The notes beneath the pieces were generated by a model. The model ran no database searches and was not told where the DNA came from. It saw only the letters and a program-made list of their open reading frames with translations. The translations under genes and the position numbers were made by a program. From Octopus vulgaris (lineage: Eukaryota): DNA of 64,000 nucleotides. This document shows, in pieces, positions 1-10,650 of the stretch; position 1 is the first letter of the stretch; every line of letters starts with the position of its first letter. Where the stretch lies: contig OX597828.1 in NCBI GenBank assembly GCA_951406725.2, forward strand, positions 45,756,001 through 45,820,000, in the 5' to 3' direction.

Positions 1-100
1 CCGCCGGGTAGTCATGATGGGTATATTGGGCTTCGTATATTTTACCCCAGTGTCACTTTGATGGCATGAACTGCTCTCTCACTCAATAATAATAATAATA

Positions 101-143
<43 letters not shown>
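1..143. repeat. End fragment of the interspersed element at 145-735, followed by (AAT)n(GAT)n
   Basis: 1-85 (ggtagtcatgatggg...ctctctcactcaataat) matches 602-685 (gagtagacatgatgg...ctctcactcaacaat). Confidence 0.75.
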
Positions 144-144
<1 letters not shown>

Positions 145-735
145 AGCTCTGATGCAGTACCAGGCAGTGGCTCTCATGGCTCCTGATCTTAACAAATTGG
201 AAGTGTTATCTTGTACATATTTTGTCTTAGTATAAAAGATGGGCTACAGCAAATATTCTGACCAACACCAAAGATATGCTTGTCAATTGTTTGACCATAA
301 CCAGTTGACCATATGACCATGGCTGATAATATGTGCATCTCTGATCACGAGCAGAAGTAGTGGGGGAGCATCATAGCCTTATGTTGAGAGGAATTCTTTG
401 GGGTTTGGATAATTCAATCCTCGAAACAAGGCTGTTTCGTTCAACATCCTTAGGTAACCCTTATTCAGGGACCTATTGACCAGAAGAAAATTCTAACTAG
501 GCCCCCACCTGTAAGGTCATGCACTGCTTATCTTGATATGAGATCACCATGTCGCGCACATATTGTTGTGATGCATGTGCCTGGTGTACTCTTATCAGAC
601 GAGTAGACATGATGGTTATAATGGGCTTTGTAGATTTGTACCCCTGTGTTAATCTGACCGCATGCACTGTTCTCTCACTCAACAATAACAACAACAACAA
701 CATTAACAACAACAACAACAACAACAACAATAATA
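145..735. mobile_element. ~540-bp non-coding interspersed repeat embedded in trinucleotide tracts, probably a non-autonomous retroelement
   Basis: Its end is duplicated at 1-85; it is bounded by (GAT)n on the left and (AAC/AAT)n on the right; no credible ORF. Confidence 0.55.
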
Positions 736-739
736 AACC

Positions 740-1085
740 TTTGAAATTTAGTGGGTGTAGTCTAATCGATGAGGTAACCCCAGCGCTGAACTGGTACTTA
801 TTTTACTGACCCCGAAAGTATGGAAAGCACAATCGAGCAGGGTCGCATCTGAACTCAAAGCGTAAAGACGGACGAAATCCCGCTAAGCATTTTGTCCGGT
901 GAGCTTATGATTCGAACAGCTTTTCCCCTCAGTAATAATCCTTTCTACTTTAGGCACAAAGCCTGAAATTTTATGGGAGCGGAGTGGGTTGGAGGGGGGG
1001 GGGCTTGTCGATTACATTACTTAATTTATTTTACTGAAAAGGATGAAAGGCCCAGTTCATCTCGGTTGAAGTTGAACTCAGAACA
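740..1085 (-). mobile_element. Two degenerate SINE family B copies
   Basis: ctggtacttattttactgaccccgaaag...gaactcaaagcgtaaagacggacgaaat and ggatgaaagg...gaactcagaac match the better copy at 30688-30917. Confidence 0.75.
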
Positions 1086-1108
1086 TAAATATGTGCCCAG
1101 AACATTTA

Positions 1109-1340
1109 CAGAGCCACCCGGACTGATGAGAAGGAGCGAGGTGTAGCGGAAGCGGAAACCTGATCCGGGTGCCTGCAACAAAAAAAAAAAAAAAACAGCT
1201 AAAAGTACCCAAGATAACAGGATGTCTTATTAAACCGACTGAAGAAGTAAATCGAGGTGGCGAGGGAGAAGTCTGAACCCGGAGTACATCAGTCCAGAAC
1301 AAATACCCCAAATATCCGGTCTACCATCTTTACACTTCCG
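1109..1340. mobile_element. Probable truncated MITE
   Basis: Starts TA|CAGAGCCACCCGG; tagcggaag (1144-1152) is mirrored by cttccgcta (~1334-1342); no coding capacity. Confidence 0.35.
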
Positions 1341-1844
1341 CTAATCCAGCGCCCTTGGTTGGCACTTCGTTACTTTAGCATAGACAAAGTTGACCTCTGT
1401 GGGATTCAAGCACAGAATACAGACACTCAGAAGAACCACAGTAAGGTAAGTTAACCGAATCTCTAATGACTCAGACAATACGGTACTTTGACTCAATCTG
1501 ACTCAATATGTTTAACACAACGACCTGGCTTTTCGGGTGATTTTAGTGGAGTCCATTCTGCATCAGCATTCAAGCCATACGTGAGGGTAACTTCTTTTTT
1601 CCTACGGACAAGTCTTAGATGCAAATGAGCAAGGTTATATACAACTAGCGAGCAGTTAGACATAGTAGCCAAAGCTCCCTAGAATTAGAAGTTAAATTGT
1701 TAAAAAAGAAAAAAAAAAAAAGAAAAGGTTCATTAAATAATGCAGTCACACGTACCCATAAACATACTGGTTGGGCATGGTAGGAATTCCGTTGATCAAA
1801 CGAGTGTTTCGTTAGATTCGAGTTGACATTAAATAATATTAAAG

Positions 1845-2035
1845 GCAGTGATGTGACAGAATCGTTAGCATGCCGGACTAAATGCTTAGCGGCATTTCGT
1901 CCGTCTTTACGTTCCAAGCTCAAAATTCCGCCGATATCGACTTTACCCATCATCCTTTCGGGGTCGATGAAATAGATACCCGTTGATCACAGCCCCATCT
2001 GTGTATTGCTGGCCTTGAGTCAAAATTAGGAACCA
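1845..2035 (+). mobile_element. SINE family B copy
   Basis: cagaatcgttagcatgccggactaaatgcttagcggcatttcgtccgtc...catcctttcggggtcgat. Confidence 0.8.
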
Positions 2036-2669
2036 ATCTAGCACCCTAAAAACCAATCTGGCAATATTTGCACCCACTTCTCCCACCCGTACAATATCTG
2101 TACCCGCTTCTCTAGTCCTTACAATATGTGCTCCCTTTTCTCTACTCTTCGATGTGCTTCCTTGTTCAATGCTTTTCTATGTTACCCTAAAACTATTAGC
2201 CCCGTTACACCAATTGGAAAATACAGTCGATAAAGTATAATGAATTAACCGACAAGATAGCTATAGTTTTATGATAATGTACAACCCCGAGTAAACTTGT
2301 AACTGGACAAAATATCAAATGTTACATGCCAGAGAATATAACAAGTCACAATGTCACACGAGCTTCCCATAAATGGTCACGAGCCGTTGTCTTACATCCC
2401 GTTTTGTTGCAGGATTAATTCCACTCCTTTTATTATCAAGAATTCATCTTTTCAAATCGATTCTTTTATCTTTTATGTTTTAGTTGGGCACCGCCTTAAA
2501 GAATTTTCTACGCAAATACTTCTTTTTTTTTTGAAACGTCAGGCACACACACACACACACATATATATAATGTATGTATATATACACATACATAAACACA
2601 CACACACAGACAGACAGAACGGATTTTATATAATAGAAGATATGAAGATATATATACACATACATATAA

Positions 2670-2761
<92 letters not shown>

Positions 2762-2774
2762 TAGCCACAACACA

Positions 2775-2932
2775 CATTTTTTCTCTCTCCTTGTTTTTTT
2801 CTGTGTCCCTTTCTGTAGAAGAGCGTAAGCTCGAAACGTAAACGACTTTTTCTATTCCTGAGCGTTATACTAATACATCTGTTTGTTTTGTACACCACCT
2901 GTCTTCGTCTTTTGTTTTTTTTCGTAAACTCT

Positions 2933-2936
<4 letters not shown>
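2775..2936 (+). mobile_element. ~170-bp repeat with a minimal hammerhead-like motif, ending in (TA)n. Other copies: 11357-11440 (-, partial), 28848-29028 (-), 43255-43436, 43545-43710 (related), 50970-51153
   Basis: cttt CTGTAGA a gagc gtaa gctc GAA ACGT A aacg at 2809-2844; shared body tcctgagcgttatactaatacatctgtttg...aaactctccc|tatata. Confidence 0.7.
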
Positions 2937-2978
<42 letters not shown>

Positions 2979-2995
2979 TATATATATACATACAT

Positions 2996-3138
<143 letters not shown>

Positions 3139-3900
3139 CAGGCATATATATATATTTTCCGTCTACCAAATCCAATCACCAGGCCTGAGATTGTAGTAGA
3201 AGACGCTTACCCACGGTGCCACGCAGTAGGACTGAACCCGCAGACATATGGTTGCGATGCAAGCTTCTTGGCACTCAACCACGCCATATAAAATTCTGCG
3301 TAAGTGGCATTCCCAGTTTTACAGCCCCAGACATTCGCCTTGTTTGTGAAATATCGGTTTCCGTTCTATTCTCACCTACCATAATATTCCTATTAGAATA
3401 AATTATTTCAAGGGACGTTACTATGTATATTTTTTGCAAAGTTATTTCCCCTGGTTGCATTTTCTTTTCTTTTTCTTTTTCATAGTTTTTGGTTTCCCGT
3501 TTTAATGTTGCTTCGAAATTTTATATTTTCAGTGGAGACTGACTTTTAGCATAGCTTCCTCATTATTAATATTTGCTGCTAGTATAGTGGATTTCCTCAA
3601 CTGCAGTATATTACTGGTACTTAATTTAGTGACCCGTAAACGATAAATGTTAAAATCTACGTGGGTTTTGAATTTAGAAGGTCGAATTTTATAACTAGAT
3701 GACACAGCAACATTAAATGATCATAACTAAAAAAAAAATGAATGAGAGTCACAGCATCAAGTAGTCCTTACAAGAGAATGCAATAAGAATTCATCATAAG
3801 CTATGGACGTCGTATTACACCCACATAGTATTCTGTATATTTTACTAAATGCACGCAGGGTCGGTATTTCTCTCGAAAAAGCATCCTGTTATAAGCGTTT

Positions 3901-4010
3901 GTACTGACTACGGCGGTACATATTTTAAAATTGGAACCACACAGAGAAGATTAGCATGGATGGCCCCTGCGAAAAGGATGACACACAAATTCGTGAAGCG
4001 TTCCATATTT
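3901..4010 (+). pseudogene. U6: Full-length U6 snRNA retrocopy
   Basis: Collinear with the canonical U6 sequence: 5' stem-loop GTACTG...CGGTAC, AAAATTGGAAC, ACAGAGA box, AGATTAGC, GGCCCCTGCG, AAGGATGACAC, CAAATTCGTGAAGCGTTCCATATTT. It has a 4-nt ATGG duplication and several substitutions, and there is no TATA at about -30. Confidence 0.93.
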
Positions 4011-4012
4011 AA

Positions 4013-4282
4013 GTGGAGGCGCGTGGCTTAGTGGTTGGGGTGTTGAACTCATGATCGTAAGGTTGTGGTTTCGATTCCTGGACCGGGCGATGCGTTGTGT
4101 TCTTGAGCAAAGCACTTCATTTTTCACGTTGCTCCAGTCCACTCAGCTGGCAAAAATGAGTAATACTGCGACGGACCGGCGTCCCCTCTAGGTGGGGGAT
4201 TTCTACGCCACTGAAACCGGGGAACCGGCCCTTATGAGCTTGGCATGGCTCGAGAGGGAACATTTATTTATTTTTTAAATTT
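4013..4282 (+). mobile_element. Full-length tRNA-derived SINE family C fused behind U6
   Basis: A box TGGCTTAGTGG, B box GTTTCGATTCC, tail gaaaccggggaaccggcccttatgagc...ggcatggctcg then a T-rich end; a second copy lies at 45805-46055. Confidence 0.88.
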
Positions 4283-4581
4283 TTATAAGCGTTTATGTTT
4301 AGAAAGCAAAGAAGTCTATCAGTAGCAGCGGTGGTGGTGGTGGTGATGGTGGTGGTGTTGTTGGTGGTTGTCGTCGTCATCGTCGTCGTCGTTGTCGTAA
4401 ATTCGAATTCATATATATATTTTTTCGTTTTAATCTTTTACTTGATTCCCACGACTTACATTTTTAAGCCTGACGTTTATTCTACCGGTGTTCTTTTGCC
4501 GATCCGCTAGCTTAATTATGGAGACGTAATCACACCGACACCTGTTGTCAATCGGTGGTGGAGGACAAATACACATACACA

Positions 4582-4636
<55 letters not shown>

Positions 4637-4984
4637 ATGTATATAATTCTCTTTATTTTTTGGAATGATGGATCTCGAATCATGCATAAAGAATTTTCGA
4701 TTGAAAAGCGCATTCGAACAGAAAATGTTAAAAATTGCTAACGGTTATCGAACCCAAGCGCGGCATATGCATATATACATTCGAATACTGCGGCTTAAAA
4801 TACTGTACTATTCCTGAGACATGCTTTGCTCGCACTAATCGGTATTCATGTGACTGTATTCGTTTATCAGAATAGCATTTATAATGCGTGTGTTCCTTTA
4901 TGTCCTGGCGCTTATCGGTTTGTCCAGTAAATAGGGGATACTTTGAATGAATTGGATTAATAAGATTGATGCCCCAAGTTACCC

Positions 4985-5905
4985 CTTTCTCCAGAAGAAG
5001 AGGCTTTAGCTTTTGCTCTTGGAAGCCCTCCAAGACTAATGAGAATAACACTGCAGCATCTCGCTTGGTCTTAAACACGAGGATAAAACTTCGGTTCTTA
5101 CCGGCTGATCATGGTTAATGAACCTCGTGTAACACCACGTTATGCTTGGAAGACAGAGCTGTACCTTTGGTTCTGGCAGGACCTCCAAGACGAATGAAAT
5201 TGATATCGTAACATTCCGTTTGGTCACGAAGAAGAAAAGGGATAAAACTTCAATTCTTATTGGCCCGTCACGGTTAACGGGACTGAATGTAATATCCCGT
5301 TATGCATGAAAGACGGAACTGTATCTTTGGTCCTGGCAGGACATTCAAAGACGAATGACATTGATACCATAGGCGCAGGAGTGGCTGTGTGATAAGTAGC
5401 TTGTTTACCAACCACATTATTCCGGGTTCAGTCCCACTGCGTGGCACCTTGGGCAAGTGTCTTCTACTATAGCCTCGGGTCGACCAAAGCCTTGTGAGTG
5501 GATTTGGTAGGCGGAAACTGAAAGAAGCCCGTCGTATATATTTATATATATATATGCGTGTGTGTGTTTGTGCGTCTGTGTTTGTCCCCCTAGCATTGCT
5601 TGACAACCGATGCTGGTGTGTTTATGTCCCCGTTACTTAGCGGTTCGGCAAAAGAGACCGATAGAATAAGTACTGGGCTTACAAAAGAATAAGTCCCGGG
5701 GTCGAGTGGCTCGATTAAAGGCGGTGCTCCAGCATGGCGGCAGTCAAATGACTGAAACAAGTAAAAGAGTAAAAGAGTAAGAGTATAACATTCTCTTTTG
5801 TCTCGAAGAAGAGAGTAAAATTTCGGTTCTTATCGACCCGTCATGTTTTATGAGACTCATGTAACATTCCGTTATTCCTGGAAGACGGAGCTGTACCTAT
5901 GATTG
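4985..5905. repeat. Degenerate ~159-bp tandem repeat (about 3-4 units) interrupted by a SINE
   Basis: ggataaaactt at 5081 and 5240 and gagtaaaattt at ~5813; cgttat...gaagacggagctgtacc recurs in each unit. Confidence 0.75.
5371..5784 (+). mobile_element. Full-length SINE family A (tRNA head, CORE-like segment, internal microsatellite, LINE-derived tail)
   Basis: Head aggcgcaggagtggctgtgtgataag...gggttcagtcc; gtggcaccttgggcaagtg resembles the CORE motif; tail ggcggtgctccagcatgg...gactgaaacaagtaaaagagt. Confidence 0.9.
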
Positions 5906-6006
5906 CGGACTGAAAGATATCCAACGACTAATATGGTCGACTAAACTTTTGCATGCGGTGTTCCGGATTAGCCAAGAGTTTCTGAAACCAGTAACATAGT
6001 AAAACT

Positions 6007-6007
<1 letters not shown>

Positions 6008-6067
<60 letters not shown>

Positions 6068-6182
6068 GACTATCTATCTATCTTTCTGTCTATCTATCTG
6101 TCTGTCTGTCCGTCCATCTGTCCGTCCGTTTGTCCGTCCGTCCGTCCGTCCGTCCGCCTGCCTGCCTGCCTGCCTGTCTGCC

Positions 6183-6231
<49 letters not shown>

Positions 6232-6244
6232 GCCTTTCTTTCTG

Positions 6245-6297
<53 letters not shown>

Positions 6298-6298
6298 T

Positions 6299-6377
<79 letters not shown>

Positions 6378-6583
6378 GCCTGCCTGCCCGCCTGTCTGTC
6401 TGTATGTCCGTCTCAAACTTTTTCTCATCTCCCCCACCCCTTATTTCTTGTCTGTGTCTCACAGGCCTTCTTTCTCATCTGTCTCTCTGTCTGCCTGTCT
6501 CTCTCTCTCTCACTCTGTTCTATCCACATCTATCACTCCATCTCAGTTTACCTTCATCATTATCTGTTAACACTTACACACAC

Positions 6584-6644
<61 letters not shown>

Positions 6645-7450
6645 CAGAGACGCACACACACAGAAACGCACACACACACACACATCTTTATTTCTGTTAT
6701 TACTTTACTAGTCTCTGTTTGTCATTTCGATCTCTATTACTCATACAGACTCCTCCTCCCCTTCTTCTTCTTCTTCTTCTTCTTCTTCTTCTTCTTCTTC
6801 TTCTTCTTCTTCTTCTCCTCCTCCTCTTCTTCCCCTTCTTCCTTCTTCACCTCCTCCTCTTACTCTTCTTCCTTCTTCACCTCCTCCTTCCCCTCTCTTC
6901 TTTGTTCACCTCCCCTCCTTCACGCCTCCTCCTTCTCCTCCCCCTTCTCCTCCTTCCCCTCTCATTTGTTTACCTCCCACTCCTTCACCTTTTCTTCTTC
7001 TTCTTCTTCTTCTTCTTCGTCTTCTCTCTCCTCAGTCAGATCTTCCTTTTCAGTAATAGTCTTGTCTTTAATCTCTCTCTCTCTCTTTCCATTTGTTCCT
7101 TCTTCTTCACTCCGTTTCTAACCGCCTCCTACTTCCATCCACATCCCCCCTTTTTCATTCTTACCCCTTCCACTCCTTCTTTGATAATCTCTCAATATAT
7201 ATCTGTCTAATTCCTCTCTCTTCTCCCCTTACTCTCCCACTTTGCTTTTCATAATCTCTATGCATTTATCTCATACCAACTCTCAGATTTTCTTCACTCT
7301 TGCTCATTTTCTGTCTCTTCTTCTTCTTCTTCTTCTTCTTCTTCTTCTTCTTCTTCTTCTTCTTCTTCTTCTTCTTCTTTTCCTTCTTTTTTCTTCTTTT
7401 TCTTCTTTTCCTTCTTCCTCTTCTTCTTCTCTTTTTCTTCTTTTCTTTTT

Positions 7451-7481
<31 letters not shown>

Positions 7482-7750
7482 ACCTCCTCTTTCTTTTCTT
7501 CTCCTTCTTCTCCTCCTCCTCATCCTCGTCTTTCTTCTTCTTCTTCTTCTTCTACTTCTCCTAATTCTACTTCTCCTCCGCTCCTCCTCTTCCTCCTCCT
7601 CCTCCTCCTCCTCCTTCTTCTTCCCTCCCATTCCCCCCTCTCCCCCCTTTCTCTACATCCACCGCTATTTTCAACCCTTCTGTCTGTCCGATCGCCACCC
7701 CTCTCTCTTTCCTTCCTTCCCTCCTCCCACCTCGTTTTTCTTCTTCTTCG
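6008..7750 (+). repeat. Compound pyrimidine-rich microsatellite block: (TCTG)n, (TC)n, (TCTA)n, (CA)n, (CTT)n, (CCT)n
   Basis: Directly visible. Confidence 0.95.
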
Positions 7751-8339
7751 TTACAACAACAACGAGTAATCTGCAGTCTACCAGTATTGCCGACGAAATC
7801 ATCGAGACCGACTTCTTCTCCTTTGTGGATGTGCAGTTGCTGCACTGGTTGCTATTGCAGATTGCAGTTTGTTTTGCAACAGCCAGAATCTCTGATACTG
7901 CAGCTGATAAAAACCATCATGATATTCCCGAAGACGATACTGCTGCTACTGCTACCGCTGCAGCCATTGAAGCTGCTGCTGTTGCTGCTGCTGCTGCTGA
8001 TGATGATGATGAGGATGATGAGGATGATGATGGTGATAGTGCTGATGGTGATGACGCTAGTTATGATGTCAGTGGCGTTGTTGATATGCAGTCTGTTGCA
8101 TTCTAAATACAGACAGGCATATTTGTTATGGTAAAAGCAAAAGTATGCTGGGTAACGGAAGTTGAGAAATGACAGACAGAATCTCCTAAAAATAGATTTA
8201 CTCCACCGGACTTGGCTTCAGATAAATTACTTATAAATAGATAGACAAACAAATAAATTATAACGATAAGAGTTACAATTATAGCAACAACAACAACAAC
8301 AACAACAACAACAGCAGCAGCAACAACAACAATTGCTAC

Positions 8340-8556
8340 TGATTTAGAGGTACACGATGAAAAATGTTGAAATGTCGGGGCTTAGTCGATGCCATCAACC
8401 CCAGTGGTTATTTAATATTTTGCTTTATCGATCCCGCGGCGATAAAAGGTAAATCTGGTGACTTCAGTGAGATTTGAACTCAGAACGCAAAATGCTGAAA
8501 CAAATATCGCAAAACGTTTTCATTGACGCTCTCCCGACTTTTTCCAGCTCGCCTCC
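8340..8556 (-). mobile_element. Degenerate SINE family B copy
   Basis: gtcgat...ccccagt...ttatcgatccc...atttgaactcagaacg...ccagctcgcc. Confidence 0.7.
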
Positions 8557-8614
8557 TCAGTGTCAACAACGTCATAGCTATCATCAATAACAACAAAGGC
8601 AACAACAACAATAA

Positions 8615-9325
8615 TAAAAATAATTTCTTTCATGGCCCCTAAGGTCCAAGACAGAGGACAATAGCAATGGTCAAGATACAACACACAAAACAGGTGGGGT
8701 TTATGTCGATCAAAAGAAGACTAGAACATTAAGAATATAACAAAATAAAATTAATTAATTAATCAATTAATTAATTGAGTCCTCAATAGCGTAGTAGTCC
8801 ACTTAGGGTAATTCGGAGCAAAGCCCACACAAAATGTCCTGGATTATTCTGCCGTCTCCAAGGCACGGAACGTGTATCTTCCAGTTTCTTTCCTTCTACT
8901 GAGAAAAGCTTACTCAGAGTTGATCTGTTCATCCTCACCAGTCTTGCCACTTTCGTCCACACTTTGATAAACTCACTAGAATGTATGACCACCCCCCTCT
9001 TTACTCTCACCTTCTTCCTCAAATGATATTTGAAGAAATTGATGAGAGTTTGGCTAGATAGCTAAGTGCTTGTCTTCAATCCTTTTAGATGGGTCCACCA
9101 CTCAGCCTCTTTTGCTACAGCAACGAAACAGAGAAAGACCAGCCGCTTTTCTCTGCCAAAGGAAGTTAGTACGTCAATTTTTGCTATATGTTCGATGGGC
9201 AGTTGGGTTCGTCTTACACAAGATATCAGTTGCTCAACACAAGCTTCAAGTCACTAATGATTGCTTGCAGGACGATTTCATCCCTCGGCATGCATCTCGA
9301 GAAGGTTGGTGCTTCCATGCCTGAT
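8615..9325 (-). mobile_element. 3' fragment of a Tx1/L1-like LINE (ORF2 C-terminus and 3' UTR), decayed
   Basis: The minus strand reads TFSRCMPRDEIVLQAII (decayed CxxC...ETxxH knuckle), then VFLCFVAVAKEAEWWTHLKG...LINFFKYHLRKKVRV...EFIKVW, followed by an AT-rich UTR ending aaagaaattatt. Confidence 0.6.
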
Positions 9326-9339
9326 CCAGGCAATTGATA

Positions 9340-9545
9340 ATAACAATCCTTTCTACGGTCGGCACAAGGCCTGAAATTTCGGAGGAAATGGGTAAGCCGA
9401 TTACATAAATCAATTGGTACTTATCTTATCGACCACGAAAGGGTGAAAGACAAATCGCCATCGACAAAATTTGAAGTCAAAAACGGGCGAAATGCAGCCA
9501 AGCATTTTTCCAGCCGTGCTAATGATTCTACCAGCCCGCCTCCTT
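9340..9545 (-). mobile_element. Degenerate SINE family B copy (tail type 2)
   Basis: aatcctttctacggtcggcacaaggcctgaaattt...tggtacttatcttatcgacc...ccagcccgcc. Confidence 0.7.
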
Positions 9546-9761
9546 AAATGCGAATGTAATATTGATAGAAGCTGTTTTTAACAGTATTTGTTGTAAGCAA
9601 TTTATTTCGAAGTATCATTTCTCTATGACATCCAATCTAAAACCCTGTGCTCTACTGTTTTTCTCCAAATCGATTCATAGCGCAGTCCACTAATTTAACA
9701 ACACCTGTCAAACCAATCCGCTAGAAATAACAATAATCTCAATAAAAACACATTGAATAAA

Positions 9762-10115
9762 GTTCTATATTTAAAAAATGAGGAATTATGTACATTATTT
9801 ACATTATTTACATTTAACTGATATTTGTCCTCATCTTGTTTGTTGTTAACACAACGTTTCGGCTGATATACCCACCAGCCTTCATCAGGTGTCTTAGGGA
9901 AATTTCGAATCTGGGTTCTCATTCATAAGGTATTTTTCGATGTTATTATTATTATTATTATTCGGGACACTGCCTGGAATCTACTCGGAATCTTGGGGTT
10001 AGTAGCCCGTGCTCTTAACAACTACGCTCTCGTGCATATTGCGTAGTGTTTAAGAGCGTGGTCTATTAACACCAAATTTCCGAGATCGATTCCAGATAAT
10101 AATAACAATAATAAT
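9762..10115 (-). mobile_element. tRNA-headed, hammerhead-containing short element (10027 to 9762) plus an inverted partial copy of its head (10034-10115)
   Basis: Minus strand: tRNA-like head gcgtagttgttaagagcacgggCTACTAAcccc...gagtagattcc, then (AAT)n, a spacer and the hammerhead motif at 9848-9893. Confidence 0.7.
9848..9893 (-). ncRNA. Minimal type-I hammerhead ribozyme motif
   Basis: GACAC CUGAUGA A GGCUG-loop-CAGCC GAA ACGU U GUGUU: both conserved boxes intact, stem I 5 bp, stem II 5 bp, palindromic ACGU stem III, GUU triplet. Confidence 0.7.
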
Positions 10116-10607
10116 GAGAAGAATGAGAAGAAGAAGTGGGACTGAACCCGGAACCATGTGGTTTGTAAGCAAGCTACTTACCATACAGCTATTCAAGAAT
10201 CAAACAAAACTTTGATGAGTTATATTCGATTTTAAGATGAGAATGTGACGAGGCAGCTGCTAGATGTCCCTACCTCCCCAAGAGGAGTTCTAGTAATGTT
10301 TCAATCAATGGAAACGATACTGGATAAGGTATATGGCTTCAGAAAGGGAGCAACTTCAAAGGAGATTAAATGTTTAATAGATATGTGTTAGCATAATTAA
10401 ATCTCAGAATGAGATTGAAACAGTAATCGCTCGATAATGTAAAGTATAGAAACCATCTTATCATGGCTAACCACATTGGGGAGGGGGTGTTACTGTAACT
10501 TTATAGCCCCAAAAGATCTTCGTCTCTAGCTGGCTTTAGACACAATATCTGTGTCCTTGGAGTATTTGCAAAGGGAGTCCATCCCTTCCTCGCAAGCCTG
10601 AGTGATA

Positions 10608-10650
10608 CGCTCGAACTAGTTTCGGGATTGTTGTCCCTCGTCAACGGGCG
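10608..10650 (-). ncRNA. Degenerate minimal hammerhead motif
   Basis: cgcccg UUGACGA ggga-caacaa-uccc GAA ACUAGU U cgagcg; C3U change and one stem I mismatch. Confidence 0.55.

Noticed and set aside
1115-1170. C/D-box snoRNA or hammerhead look-alike: cacccgga-CTGATGA...GAAA-c-CTGA-tccgggtg with an 8-bp terminal stem
   Set aside because: Only about 55 nt with no recognisable guide; no stem II or NUH triplet for a hammerhead; it lies in the end of a probable MITE.
3901-4010. Functional U6 gene
   Set aside because: No TATA at about -30, an ATGG duplication just after the AGC triad, only three terminal Ts, and TSDs flanking the insertion.
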